From positions 1 through 64,000 of the forward strand of contig CBFDEM010000032.1 in assembly GCA_965603825.1 (NCBI GenBank): DNA of 64,000 nt, read 5' to 3'. How positions within the stretch are numbered: position 1 is the first letter of the stretch; each line of letters starts with the position of its first letter. Made by a program: the position numbers and the translations under genes. Shown here one piece after another: positions 12,118 through 23,684 of the stretch. Below the pieces are notes generated by a model. It did not search any database, was not told the origin of the DNA, and saw only the letters and a program-made list of their open reading frames with translations. The DNA comes from Blepharisma stoltei ATCC 30299 (taxonomy: Eukaryota > Protista > Ciliophora).

Positions 12118-12283
12118 TTTTAAATGATGCCCATAATAAATAATATATATTTTTCAAATTAAATTGAGAATAAGAAGCTGCTTTATTCAATTTTATTGGC
12201 TTTAAACTTTTGCTTAAGCTCAAATTTCTAGTTCTTTGAGAATTGCTATAAGAAAATGGACTTTTTATGCAAAATTATTTAAA

Positions 12284-12918
12284 ATGAATGAGTAACTCTT
12301 AAGCAGAGGTATGACAAAACTTGGCATTGTAGAGAATACTGGAACTGGCAAAACCTCGATTCTTATTAAATACTATGATGTCTTTTGGTGGCATGTATAC
12401 ACCTGCAAGAGATGCAATTTATGTATTTTTTACTATAGAAATGCAAATATATGAGCAAATCTGATATCAAAAAATACTCTTCCTTTGCATTGAAAGTATG
12501 ATACGCTAGTGGCAATATGCCTGATTGCAGTATTTTATTTTAAAAATTGACTTGGAACTGTAAGAAACATAATTTATTGGAATTAGGAATGTGGGATATT
12601 GAAATGTAACTCTCACTTGCTATCATCATACTATAAGTTTTTTTCTGATATTTATTGTATCTGATAGAAGTTCATTTGAGGATGTGAAGCGATTTATGAG
12701 CGAAATTAAAAGCTTAGCAGACAAACTCCTTCAATAATGCTTGTTGGGAATAAATCTGATCTAGCTAATCAAAGAGAAGTCTCATATGAAGAAGCTAAAA
12801 TCTAGCTGATGAATTAAATATTTTATATATAGAAATTTCTGCGAAAACAGGATATAATATTGGATGCGGTATTCGGCTATTATATGAAGCTGTTAATAAC
12901 AATTATTATCCGAGATAA
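12284..12918 (+). pseudogene. Rab-like GTPase copy 2, pseudogene
   Basis: MNEGMTKLGIVENTGTGKTS, GNKSDL, EISAKTG. Introns 12292..12306 and 12423..12438 at the same sites as copy 3. Several frameshifts and a 74 bp insertion. Confidence 0.85.
12520..12593. mobile_element. 74 bp insertion with imperfect terminal inverted repeats and a 6 bp near-direct repeat (IES/MITE-like relic)
   Basis: Absent from Rab copies 1 and 3. Flanked by AATATG (12514..12519) and AATGTG (12588..12593). Ends CCTGATTGCAGTA and TATTGGAATTAGG are 10/13 inverted matches. Confidence 0.55.
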
Positions 12919-13710
12919 AAAAATAAAGATACTTAATTTTGATAGCATGAATTTAATACCAGATCCTAACCTGATTTATTATAAATTTAGCTTATCTTGC
13001 TGTTTAAGTAATAAGTTGTAAAAATATCTAGATAGTAATTTAAAATCTATAAAATGACAACATAGCTAGCAAAATCTATGAAGAATAGTACGTAGAATAG
13101 TTACAGCTAACTCTGTAAAAATTATATATAAAATTGCAAATGACCAATTTATTAAATAAACAATTATCTTTTTATGAAATTATTGGTGGAAAGTCTCAAA
13201 AAAACTTATGCTTAGTAATTATATTAAATTCTTCTCTATAAGTTTTATATTTCAATTGGAGGTAATAGTTTAACTGAAAGAAATATTCAATATAATGATA
13301 TCAAGCGAAAGTTGGAAGAAAAAAGTAAAAACAGTAATAAAAATGAGAATTTATGGGATGGTGAAGGAGAAAACGAGTCTTTTATAAATGATGGTCTCAT
13401 AAAGGAGGCGATAACCGCTAAATATATAAATAAATTATCCTATAATTAAATCAAATAAAATCTATAATGATCATGTTCAAATATCCAAGACTTTTTTTAA
13501 AGCAATACGCCCTTTTTTACTAATTAAATAGCAATTATGCTATAGAATAATAAATATTGAAAACATATATAGCTTGCTAATTATTATTAGGAGAATTTTA
13601 AGCTAATTTTTAAATTTTAATTGCTTTTATTCTTATAGGAGGTTAAATTTTTTATTCAAACTAATTATAATTATTATGAACAAATAGATTTTATTGCAAA
13701 AATATATAAA

Positions 13711-14269
13711 ATGGATGAGTAATTTTCAAGCAGCACCTTGGTTAAATTTTGCATAGTCGGGAATTCTGGTACTGGAAAAACCTCATTTCTTCTTAGATAC
13801 TGTGATGGCATTTTCAGTGAGGCATATACTCCTACTATAGGCGTAGACTTTGTATTTTTTATTATAGAGATATAAACATATAAGCAAATCTGATTTATAC
13901 AATGATTCTTCATTTATATTGCAAATATGAGACACAGGAGGGGATATGAGATGAAGAAATATGACTCTCAATTATTATCATAACACATTAGGTTTTCTTC
14001 TTGTATTTAGCATAATTGATAGAAATTCGTTTGAGAATGTAAAGCTATTTATGGGATATATCAAAAATTCTGGCTTAAGAAGAAGTTGAACAATGCTGAT
14101 TGGAAATAAATGTGATCTAAAAGACCAAAGAGAAGTTTCGTATGAAGAAGCTAAAAAAATAGCTGATGAATGAGATATTTTATATATAGAAGTGTCTGCT
14201 AAAACAGGCCATAATATAGGGCGTCCTGCTAAGTTATTATGTGAAATTATTGAGAAGCTTGACAATTAA
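13711..14269 (+). CDS. Rab-like small GTPase copy 3, intact, 175 aa, no catalytic Gln, no C-terminal prenylation motif
   Basis: Not in the ORF track. Splicing 13719..13733 (15 nt) and 13852..13867 (16 nt) with UGA=Trp gives MDDTLVKFCIVGNSGTGKTS..YTPTIGVDF..LQIWDTGGD..GNKCDL..EVSAKTG..EKLDN*. Confidence 0.92.
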
Positions 14270-14383
14270 AGAACCAAAATAAGATTAACTAAACTAGAAG
14301 TGAATTATATTGAAATAATTTAATAAATTTCATATATGTTTATGGAAAAATCGATTTTTAATAATTGAAATTATCAGTATTAA

Positions 14384-14849
14384 ATGGATCAAGGCAAGTT
14401 TAAATTTAAAATTAGAGGAAGCCCAAAAACTGTCAAACAACAATTCTCCATACGTGCTTTTAATGCTTTCCTGTGATGCAAGCAACCGCAGCATATATGC
14501 TTTTACACCCTAAATAAAAATAAGAACACTTAACATTAGAAAACGCTAGCGATAATATTATAAGGAGAAAGGTCTTGCATGATTATTTTCGCTATACTTC
14601 AGGAATCTTTATTATATTAGTGTAAATGACAGATTTTCATTTTTCGATGTGGATGGATTCATAGGAGATATTAAAAATTCAAGGAAAGAAACTCCTTTTA
14701 TAGTTTTAATTGGAAATAAATGTGATTTAAGAGAACAAAGAGAAGTCTCATATGAAATAGCTAAGAACTTAGCTGATAGATGCAATATTTTATATGCGGA
14801 AGTGTCTACGAAAACTGGTTATAATATATAATGCATAATTCAGCTATAG
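14384..14849 (+). pseudogene. Rab-like GTPase copy 4, heavily decayed
   Basis: MDQGKFKFKIRGSPKTVK (degenerate P-loop), frameshifts and stops, recognisable GNKCDLREQREVSYE..EVSTKTGYNI. Confidence 0.8.
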
Positions 14850-15054
14850 CATTTTGATATATTATTATGCCGCTGCATTTTCATTGTTTTATGCGTGATT
14901 TATTTTAGATATTCATTGCTGTAACTAATCGCAGCCTTTAGCAAAAATAAAAGCTGAATATTTTAAAATCAGTTAAATATCATAAGAATTGTAAGAAGAT
15001 TTTTTAAAATTAATTTTTAGTTTATTTTCTATTGAGCATTTTTGATATATTTTA

Positions 15055-17055
15055 CTATCGTCTACCACTTTTCAGTCTAGTAGCTTCATAAAGGCATTCC
15101 AAAGATTCTGTATCTTTGCCTACAACCTTAAGAGCTTTTCCTTTTGCCTCATAATATTCTGGATTAATAGCATTATTTCTAATTGCTATATCAAAGTGGT
15201 TTATTGAGTCTCAATGCTGGCCTTCATCATATAAAATTTTTCCCAGCTGGAAATGCGCAAAATGATTATTTGAATCGAGGCTTATAGCTATGAATAAACA
15301 ATCCTTAGCGTCTTCAATTTTGTTTTCAAGTTTTAGCACAAGTCCTTTATTCGCATAAGCATTTGCATTTTTTGGATCAATTTTTATGGCTTTATCATAA
15401 TATCTTTTAGATGACTTATAATTTTTTTCCTCAAAGTAAATATTTCCGATTTTTAAGCAAACATCAGCTAATTTATGGTCTATTAGCAAGGCTTCTTTAT
15501 AAGCTTTAAGAGCTTCACTTTTGTTATTACTTCTAAATAGAGCATTTCCTTTGCCAACATATGCAGATGCAAGAGTTGGCTTGAATTTAATTGATTTGTT
15601 GAAGTATTCTATTGACTCTGAAAATTTATTGTGCTTTAAAAGAAGCTCTCCAATATGATTGTAGACTCAATCGCTAGCAGGATCTATTTCAATTATTTTT
15701 TCTAAACAATTTATTGCTTCTTTTATATTGTTAATTTTTTCATGTATTTCTCCTTTTTTGTGATAATATTGCTTTTCATAAGGCGAAATACGAATAGCTA
15801 TGTCAAGATAAGGCAAAGCATCTTCGATTGATTCTTGTTCTAGCAAAATACATGCAAATTGAAAATATTCAGGATGATAATTTTGATCCATTTGGATGGC
15901 TTTATCATAGCATTTCCAAGCTTCATTTCCGTCACCGAGTCTATTAAGAGCTGAACCTCTGTGGCCGTAAGCAAAGCTAAACATTGGACAATCTTCAATT
16001 ATTTTATTTGATAGACTCAAAGCTTTCTTATATGATTTTTTTTCAAGTAAAGCATCAAGCTTTAAAAATCTTAAAATATTATTTTCCAACCCTATATTTA
16101 ATAATTGATTATAGGACTCAATGCTTTCTTGAAATCTATTTTGACTCTGTTTTTCTAAAGCTTTCATAACATAGGGAATTGAAAAAGATGGATCTATTTT
16201 AATAAGACTGTCCCAGCATTCTATTGCAGACCCGCTTTTTTGTAATTTTGCTAGAGATAAACCTCTGTAAAAAATGGCATCCAAATAATCTGGCTGCAAT
16301 TTTATAGCAAGACTAAAAGAGCTAAGAGCCTCATTTCATTTTCCACAATGATATTTAAGCATCCCCTGCTTAAAATACCAAAAACTATTAAAGGCTTCAT
16401 AATTTTCAGTGTCTCAATTTCACGATTCTATAAATTTATTCCATTTTTCTAATTCTTCAGTAGATTTACCTTGCTCATCGCTCTTATGTCCTCTTATTTT
16501 ATTAATTTCTCTCTGCAAACCTGAACTTATTTCATTTATTTGCAAATCATCAAAATTTATATTTTCGATAAATTTGCCAACACAATCCAAAAGTTTGCAA
16601 AAGCCTTCGAGTTTGTCTAGTTTTTCATTGGTAGATATGCAGCATCGTTCTATTTTGTCAGCTGACATACGATGCTTAGAATGTCTATCAGAAACGCTGT
16701 TATCCGCTGAAAGTTGAGAAAGATGGTCATCTAAAGAATCTAATTGAGAGTCTGAGGATGAAAGATAATATTTTAAGGCTTTTTCTAGTTTTATGATGAT
16801 CCCACTAGTTGCATTGATTGATTTTTGCTTGGCTGATTGAATGCTAGACTTTGCATTATTGAGAAGACTTATGTGATTTTGGTTTGCAATTCAATCGTCT
16901 GAGGCGCTAAAGGGAACAATACGGTGACCACCTCCAGGAAGCTGTATATGATCAGGGGCATGTTGCTCACATAAAAATGTAGGAGAGGAAGTGCATATGC
17001 ACTTAAGTTCAGCGTTTCTTAAACAGTATTGGAAAGAGCACTTTCTTGAATTCAT
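15055..17055 (-). CDS. B-box-like zinc finger + coiled coil + TPR array protein, 666 aa
   Basis: One frame from ATG 17055 to TAG 15055 with UGA=Trp; joins ORFs 16420, 15667 and 15211. N-terminus KCSFQYC..LKCIC..FLCEQHAPDH..GH has the same Cys/His pattern as 5480..8293. Confidence 0.9.
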
Positions 17056-17630
17056 ATAATTAATATAAATGAGATAAATTTCAGAGATTAGGAAAATTTA
17101 TTTAAGTTTTTTTTGATATTTGATTTCTCTCTGGAGTTTATTGCGAGAAAGTAGCTTGCTTTATTATTTTGGGGTTGAAAAATTGCAGGTGCTTCTAGCT
17201 TACTTCCCAACTTGCAACAAAATTTTCTGCTAATCTTTTTTAAGATTTATTAATATACTCATAGAAATTAAGAGTTTAAAGAAATTAATAATTAACTCTT
17301 ATTAGACATTGAATCTAAAAATTTAATATATAATTTTTTAATAGATTTTCAATAATAAAATCAAGCTATTTCATTTGAGTTCGCTAAAGTAAACAATTAT
17401 CGAATAATTATTTAGTAATTAAATATTAAATTAGTTTTCTCTATACAGTTAAATAAAATTATTTTGATGATCAAATAATACGAAGATATAATAAATTATA
17501 AGAAATTTAAGAAGTTAAATTCTATATATTTTTAATAAATATGCTAATTTAATTTCATCTAAATCTATTTAAATTAAAATAATTTATTCGAATATTATTT
17601 TTTTGTTGAAAAGGAAAAAAGATAATAAGT

Positions 17631-17879
17631 TATCAAGATTTACTATTGGTCGCTAAGTTTACCCAGGCTTCTCCAGGCTTAGCAGTTATAAAAGTGCAGC
17701 CTGGTAGTCCAGCTGAAAAAGCAGGAATCAGAGTTGGCGATATTATGGTGTCGGCTGATGGAAAAGAACTAAATAGTGCTGAAGATTTTTATAAAGTTGT
17801 CAGATTTAAAATAGGAATTGTTTTACACTTAGATATTTTGAGGGGAAAAGAAAAACTTAGTTTTACTATAACAGCATAA
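17631..17879 (+). pseudogene. Isolated PDZ domain fragment of the HtrA/DegP C-terminal type
   Basis: GLAVIKVQPGSPAEKAGIRVGDIMVSADGKELNSAEDF..LHLDILRG. No upstream ATG or protease domain; upstream DNA is AT-rich non-coding. Confidence 0.75.
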
Positions 17880-18829
17880 TAATTATATAAAATATTAGTC
17901 TCTAATATACTGAGGAATGCAGCTTTTTGTTAAATTATTTTTAAATATCGTAATTTAGATTTTATAGACATAAAGTGCGAATCTGTTAAGGTAATTATTT
18001 ATAGACATGAAAGATATCTAATATATTATTTTCGCCTTACTCCAATCATTAGCATTCGTTAATAATCTAATGAATAATATCTTTGAATCACAGTTTAAAG
18101 TAGAAATTTCATTTAAAGATAATAATTTCCTTGAAAAGACCCAGTGAGAAAAAATTTTTACTTGTTGATGTCCTTAGCCAATATAACAGTCTTATTAGAA
18201 TTAGTGGAGCGTTAAGAATCCAGGGTGACTAGAGAGTTATTTTCAGCGAATAATATTTTATTTATTTGAAATTATTTTCTCAATATTTATAGACCAGCTA
18301 TATTTAACTAAATTTTCTATAATTTTGCCAGCATCAACTATGTCACAAAGCCTAGCTTGAGGTGCTAATTATATGATCCCACATTGCAAGACATCTATAT
18401 ATTATCTTTAAAAGAAATTCTATTTTTCAGAGAAGTGTTAGAGCATAGTAAATAATAAATTTATTTTAAATAATTTGAGCCTGATATTATACATCGAAAT
18501 GAAATTCCTTAGGGTTTTTACTAATAAATTAATATTCGTGGCTTCTCCGATGAACAATCAACTGATTTCTTTGCTTAAATTTAGATCTTCATATTAGATA
18601 CAAATAAAGGATATCATCGAAATTAGTTTTACAATTAGAGATAAAACTCATCCCATGAAGTGTGGTGGATAGATGGCGCGGTCTAGGCCACTATATAGAA
18701 AGATTCATGATTTCCGAACTCAGAGCAACAAGCGAAATTTTTGTGACATCACCAACTTAGAGCTAATAGTTCAAATTAATTATACATTCAGTGCGTCAAA
18801 TACTTTTAAACATTAATTAGCTAATAATT

Positions 18830-19020
18830 AAGTATACTTAAGAAGCAAAGGGTTTAATCCTTGAGGTTTATGAACTCCTTCAATTTTTGGCTGCTTTTGA
18901 AGTATCTGAAGTACTTTTAGCGTGCCCTTTCTATAAGTCAGATGAATAATATTGAGATGCCTTCTGAGGTAAACCTGGTGATGCAATTTTTGCTGTATTA
19001 TAACTACATGCAATATTTTC
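18830..19020 (-). pseudogene. Decayed copy of the C2H2 zinc finger gene 20756..21058
   Basis: Retains YLRRHLNIIHLT (vs FNLRRHVNIVHLT) and the DNA for GIKPF, with frameshifts. Confidence 0.8.
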
Positions 19021-19789
19021 CAAAATATAATTATTTATTTAGGATTAGAACTAAATTCAATAATCAAAGGATTGATAAAAATTATAGGAGTGCATCACCA
19101 TTGTGCTTTCTCTGGTATCTTCCTAGTAAAGTTATTTGATAAATAATGAAGATTATTGAAATCATAGCTTCGCAATGAATGGTAGATTTTTTCAAAAATC
19201 ACTAGAAATTAATCTAATTAAACCTGGAACTTTTTTATGATAAAAGATGGAAAAATAAAATTTGAATTAGAATAAAATGGATATTCAAGAGCGGTTAAAT
19301 CAAAAAGACCAATAGATATTGATAGTTTGTCTAGATAGATAGTTTAGCAATACAAAGGTGAGATTATCTGTATGTTTAAAGTCCCCGTTTCATTATTTAA
19401 CTGGCTTTTAACTGAAAATCAAGAAATATACACAGATATAGTTGCGATTTGTGAAGGTTCTTTGATCGGTATGTCGAAATTTTTTATTTGAATTAAGTTA
19501 ACTAGTCTGAAGAAATTAAGCATCCCTATATAAACCATTTTTTTACCTTTAATTCAGAAAGATACAAAAAATGCGTATTGAAAGAAGAAAATATATTTAT
19601 CTAAAATTCTTAAATTAGCACTTTTATTTTCTCTCCTCCTCCTTAAAGCTAATAAAATTAATTTATTGAGCTAATTGATTGAGTCCAAATAACTTAAATC
19701 AATTTTAGCATTAAATTGAAGGAAAATTACCCCTATTAACCTTGTAAACACATTATATAGCAAATAGAAATTTTAGGATAAGTCGATAT

Positions 19790-19987
19790 ATATTATTAAG
19801 CTTTACCTAAGTTTCTCTAGATTTAGCAGTTATAAAAGTTTAGTCAGTAGTTCAGCTAAAATCAGATCTGGTGGTTAATGGAAAAGAATGTCGAAGATTT
19901 TTATAGAATTGCCGATTTAAAAGAAAAATTTTTACATGCAGATATATTGAGGCGAAAAGATAAGCTTTATATTTTATTGCAACATAA
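19790..19987 (+). pseudogene. Second, more decayed PDZ fragment
   Basis: TTAGCAGTTATAAAAGT, ATGGAAAAGAA and GAAGATTTTTATA match 17680..17793, with deletions. Confidence 0.75.
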
Positions 19988-20755
19988 TAATTAAAGCATT
20001 TTTATCGAAATATTTTTGGTATTGTGATTATATAAAATATTTTTTAATTTTATTGGAATTTTAAATTGATTTTTAAATATATTGAGAAAAGCAGAAAAAA
20101 TAAAAACATTTTATTGTAATAATTTAGATTTTACAGACATAAAGTGCGAATCTGTTGTGAGCATTTCATTAGGATCAGTAAAATAAAGTTAATATTATTA
20201 TAGACATTAGGATGACTATTGTTAATTAGCATTTAGCCTATTTCTACCGCTCTTTATCAAGTTCCGGAGCTCTCAATCAATCACGTGGAATCGCTTGCCC
20301 GATCAGCAGACGGATTATTTTCTTCACTTTATATTTTAGTCCTATTAGGGTTGATTGTGTTTCTATTTATAAAATATTTAATTTCTAAATATTTATTTAA
20401 ACTCAACTCTTTTGCGCCAAGTTCTCTTTTTCCAATTCCCAAAATTCTCTTTTTCCAATTTCCCAAAATTAATTTCTGCTTTTCATCTAGCATATTTTTC
20501 ATGAGTTTCTAAAACTTCTACATCTATTAGTATATTTTTAGGTCATAAAGCCCTTCTTCTTATATTTTTTTCTTCTTTTATTTATTAGCCCCATTCGCAT
20601 AACTAGCTCATCAATTAATTTAAGCAACATATTTTAAAGAAGTCGGAGAATGATTGCTTACAAGCTCTATTATTAGTGTAGTTAAATATCTAAATCCTTA
20701 TAAACGTTAGATAAATGCTGATCTTATATGAAAGATTATTATACGACCTTTTACC

Positions 20756-21058
20756 TTAGTCCTCAAGAAACTCATCTTGGTGGCTTCTTCGATGAACAGT
20801 CAGCTGACTTGTTTGCCTAAATTTAGTCCTGCATATTGGACACACAAAGGGCTTAATCCCTGAGTGGATATGCATATGCTCCTTCAAGTTTTGACTACTT
20901 GCGAAGCATCTTAAGCACTTTTGGCAGGCGTGCTTTTTATTAGTCAGATGAACGATATTTACGTGTCTTCTGAGGTTAAACTTGGTGCTGTAATTTTTGT
21001 TGCATCCTGGGTACATGCAGCAGTACATTGTCACAACGTTTTCTGTGATCCCTTCCAT
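20756..21058 (-). CDS. Small protein with three C2H2 zinc fingers, 100 aa
   Basis: CMYPGC..HVNIVH, CQKC..HMHIH, SGIKPF linker, CPIC..HRRSH. Confidence 0.92.
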   Translation of the reverse strand: MEGITENVVTMYCCMYPGCNKNYSTKFNLRRHVNIVHLTNKKHACQKCLRCFASSQNLKEHMHIHSGIKPFVCPICRTKFRQTSQLTVHRRSHQDEFLED

Positions 21059-23008
21059 AGTAAAATTATATTGCGATTAATGAATATAAATAATTGATAG
21101 ACTATTGAAATTATTGTTTTCATGATGGGTGAATAAATTATTTTCTGGTGGGTTTTTCAGAAATTTAAATTACTGATTCACTTGAAAATTAATATAATTT
21201 GGCTTGGCTCGAAAATGGACTGTTTTTTTTTGGTGGTTAGATAAAGATGAAGAATTTAAATTTTGACTCGGAATGGATTGGATATTCAAGAATGGCTAAA
21301 TCAAAAAATACTAAAGAACTTTGATAAATTGGTTTTCAGAGAGAAATTGAGTGGAGCTTATTAATATAAAAGATATTTAAAAATTTGTCTGATGAAGGAT
21401 TATTGACTTCTAAAGGGATAAAAAAACATTATGAAAAAACTATAATTACTTTTGATGCCGCAAAGGAAAACATTCATATAGAAGGCTAACCCTTTTATCT
21501 CCTTAGATTTTTGAATTAATTCTTTCAAGCTCTTATATAGGCTTTTGAAACTGAATTAAATTTGGCTATAAAAACAAAGAAATTACACAGATATGATCAT
21601 TAATTGAAAAGACTCTTTTAGCAGTATTGTCAAAATTTTTATTGAGCTTGGCATTCAGCTAGGCCGAGAAAATTATGCATCCCTATATAAACCATTTTTT
21701 TATTTGCCTTTAAGGATTGAGAAGGAGATATTAAAATGTCTAATAGTAAAGACCAGCTTACAGTTATTTTGCTTTATATTACTCAAAAATTGCAAAGATA
21801 AATTTGGTTTAAAACTTAGCAGATGATTAAATGTACTCTAAACTTTTTGCAGCAAATTTTAGTTACTTGATTTACTAATTGTATATCATAAGACCTAAAT
21901 TTCAGGAGTTTTCCTGAAATATCTAACAAGATTGTAAAGATTCCTTGAAAGTATTGAAATTATAAATTAACTGAGCAAAATCTATTTATCTATCTGTATG
22001 CTTTATGTTTGTGATAACTATTAAGCTTTATTTTTCCTTCTCATCAGAGCCTCTTCAAGTTAGCCTTAAATAAGAGTAGATTGAAAAAATTGCGGCATGA
22101 GAAAAAGATTTAAAAACTTAAGAAACTCGAAATCTTAATAACTAGCATTGAAGACATACACTAATTACAGTCAGGGTATCTTTTTGAGACTTTTTCCTAA
22201 GTTTCGATTTTTTTCTCATTGTTATCAACTCAGAAATTTTTAAAATTTTTTATTAAGTAATATTTTGAAGGTTTTGTGTGAAACACATAAAAAGCATTAA
22301 TTTAATATAGATGAATTGAAAATATATCACAGTTGGCATATAAAAAATTCCTTGTTACATCTAAAATTATCTTACTCTTACTATTATTCAATTATTGATA
22401 CTTTTAGCTGATTATGATAAATAAGATTGGATCTTTCTCCAATGCCTTAAGAAACTCAAAGCATTTAACTTATATATTGATTTGGCTATAAAATATCTAC
22501 CCTACTCATCCATTGGTGTATTCATGCTATGCTTTTACCGAGAGAAATTTTATTAATTTATTAGGTTATTTTAATTAAGCTATTGCATTAGTTAGTTGCT
22601 TATTTAAAATCATTCAAAATATACAGTCAAAGTTTAAATATCATATAAAAATTAAGTTCATCGTTGAGCAGGAAAAAATCTCTTATTTTTAAATTATTTA
22701 ACTTCCGTTAATCTAGATTCTTTATATGCAATAAGAAATAAAATATTAAAATCCAAATGAATAGGGTGTTTAATAGCTTTTTTATGCCAAAAAATAATTT
22801 AGTTTATAATTTAGCACATATATATACTCGCGAGCTGAAATAAATTTTGATTTGTCCATATGCTACTAAGCATTTATTTAGCACTAATATCTAAATTCAC
22901 TTACTAAATATGAATTATTCAATAAGTGCCTTAATCTCTAAATTTTCAGAATATTTACATTTTTCTTATGCTATAAATTTAAAAAACTATAAATATGAAG
23001 AAATTTAA

Positions 23009-23440
23009 TTATAATTCATTTCCAAGCCTCTGCAGTTTATTAGTAAAGGATGGCCCTGAAAAATCTTGTGCAAAGTGAAAAGGGTTAGAAATTGTCCTTG
23101 TATACAGCACTTCAATTTTTTGCATAAACCCTTTTATTTTCTCATCATTTCTTTGCTCGTAATTTTCTTTAAGAACAGCAATAAATTTAACCCCTGTGTA
23201 ACTTATCCAGCCATATAATGCATAATCTCCTTCTCCTAAAAGCGCAGGACCTAAGTAGCCTAAGTAATTTTTATTGTATTCTCCACTTTCTTTAATTTCG
23301 TTGATTTTTCTATCAATTATGTCCAAAGAAGAATGAACTACAAAGTGCATTGTAATTTCTTTATTATTGCGAAAATCTTGAAGAACTATTGGCCTATTAT
23401 CCTTTCCAATTACTGCAACAAATGCCAATAGTTTGTTCAT
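23009..23440 (-). CDS. TRAPPC2L: Sedlin-family TRAPP subunit (TRAPPC2-like)
   Basis: AVIGKDNRP, HSSLDIID, YLGYL, YGWISYTGVKF, SNPF motifs; 143 aa. Confidence 0.88.
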   Translation of the reverse strand: MNKLLAFVAVIGKDNRPIVLQDFRNNKEITMHFVVHSSLDIIDRKINEIKESGEYNKNYLGYLGPALLGEGDYALYGWISYTGVKFIAVLKENYEQRNDEKIKGFMQKIEVLYTRTISNPFHFAQDFSGPSFTNKLQRLGNEL

Positions 23441-23684
23441 TTTTCTATTATAATTTCTTTACGAATTTATTTGGAAAAGATCATTGATAATTTAAGGTCT
23501 AATTAATATAAAGATTATGTCTTAAAAATTTATCTTGTATTTCTTGCTATAAATTATATTTTTAAAAAATGTGAGGACTAGAGCATATAGATATTGTTTT
23601 ATTTAAGAAGATTATTATTACCTAAAATTCGCAAATAAATTATTCAGATTTATAATTTGCAGATTTTCCTTATTCAATTAAATA

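Larger units (their letters stand above)
17620..21700 (+). repeat. Old direct tandem duplication, unit ~2.16 kb (A ~17620..19550, B ~19775..21700)
   Basis: Anchors in the same order: PDZ fragment; AATTTAGATTTTAyAGACATAAAGTGCGAATCTGTT (~17952/20121); zinc finger; GGATATTCAAGA..TAAATCAAAAA (~19279/21280); GCATCCCTATATAAACCATTTTTTT (19520/21677). Confidence 0.85.

Noticed and set aside
13228-13449. Open frame of ~70 codons (..DIKRKLEEKSKNSNKNENLWDGEGENES..)
   Set aside because: No ATG and no motif; cannot be distinguished from a decayed fragment.
14505-14535. ACACCCTAA telomere-like 9-mer inside Rab pseudogene 4
   Set aside because: A single short match is plausible by chance; there is no tandem array.
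18655-18760. GC-richer patch with a weak hairpin, possible ncRNA
   Set aside because: No tRNA, snRNA or snoRNA box motifs, and the stem is short and imperfect.
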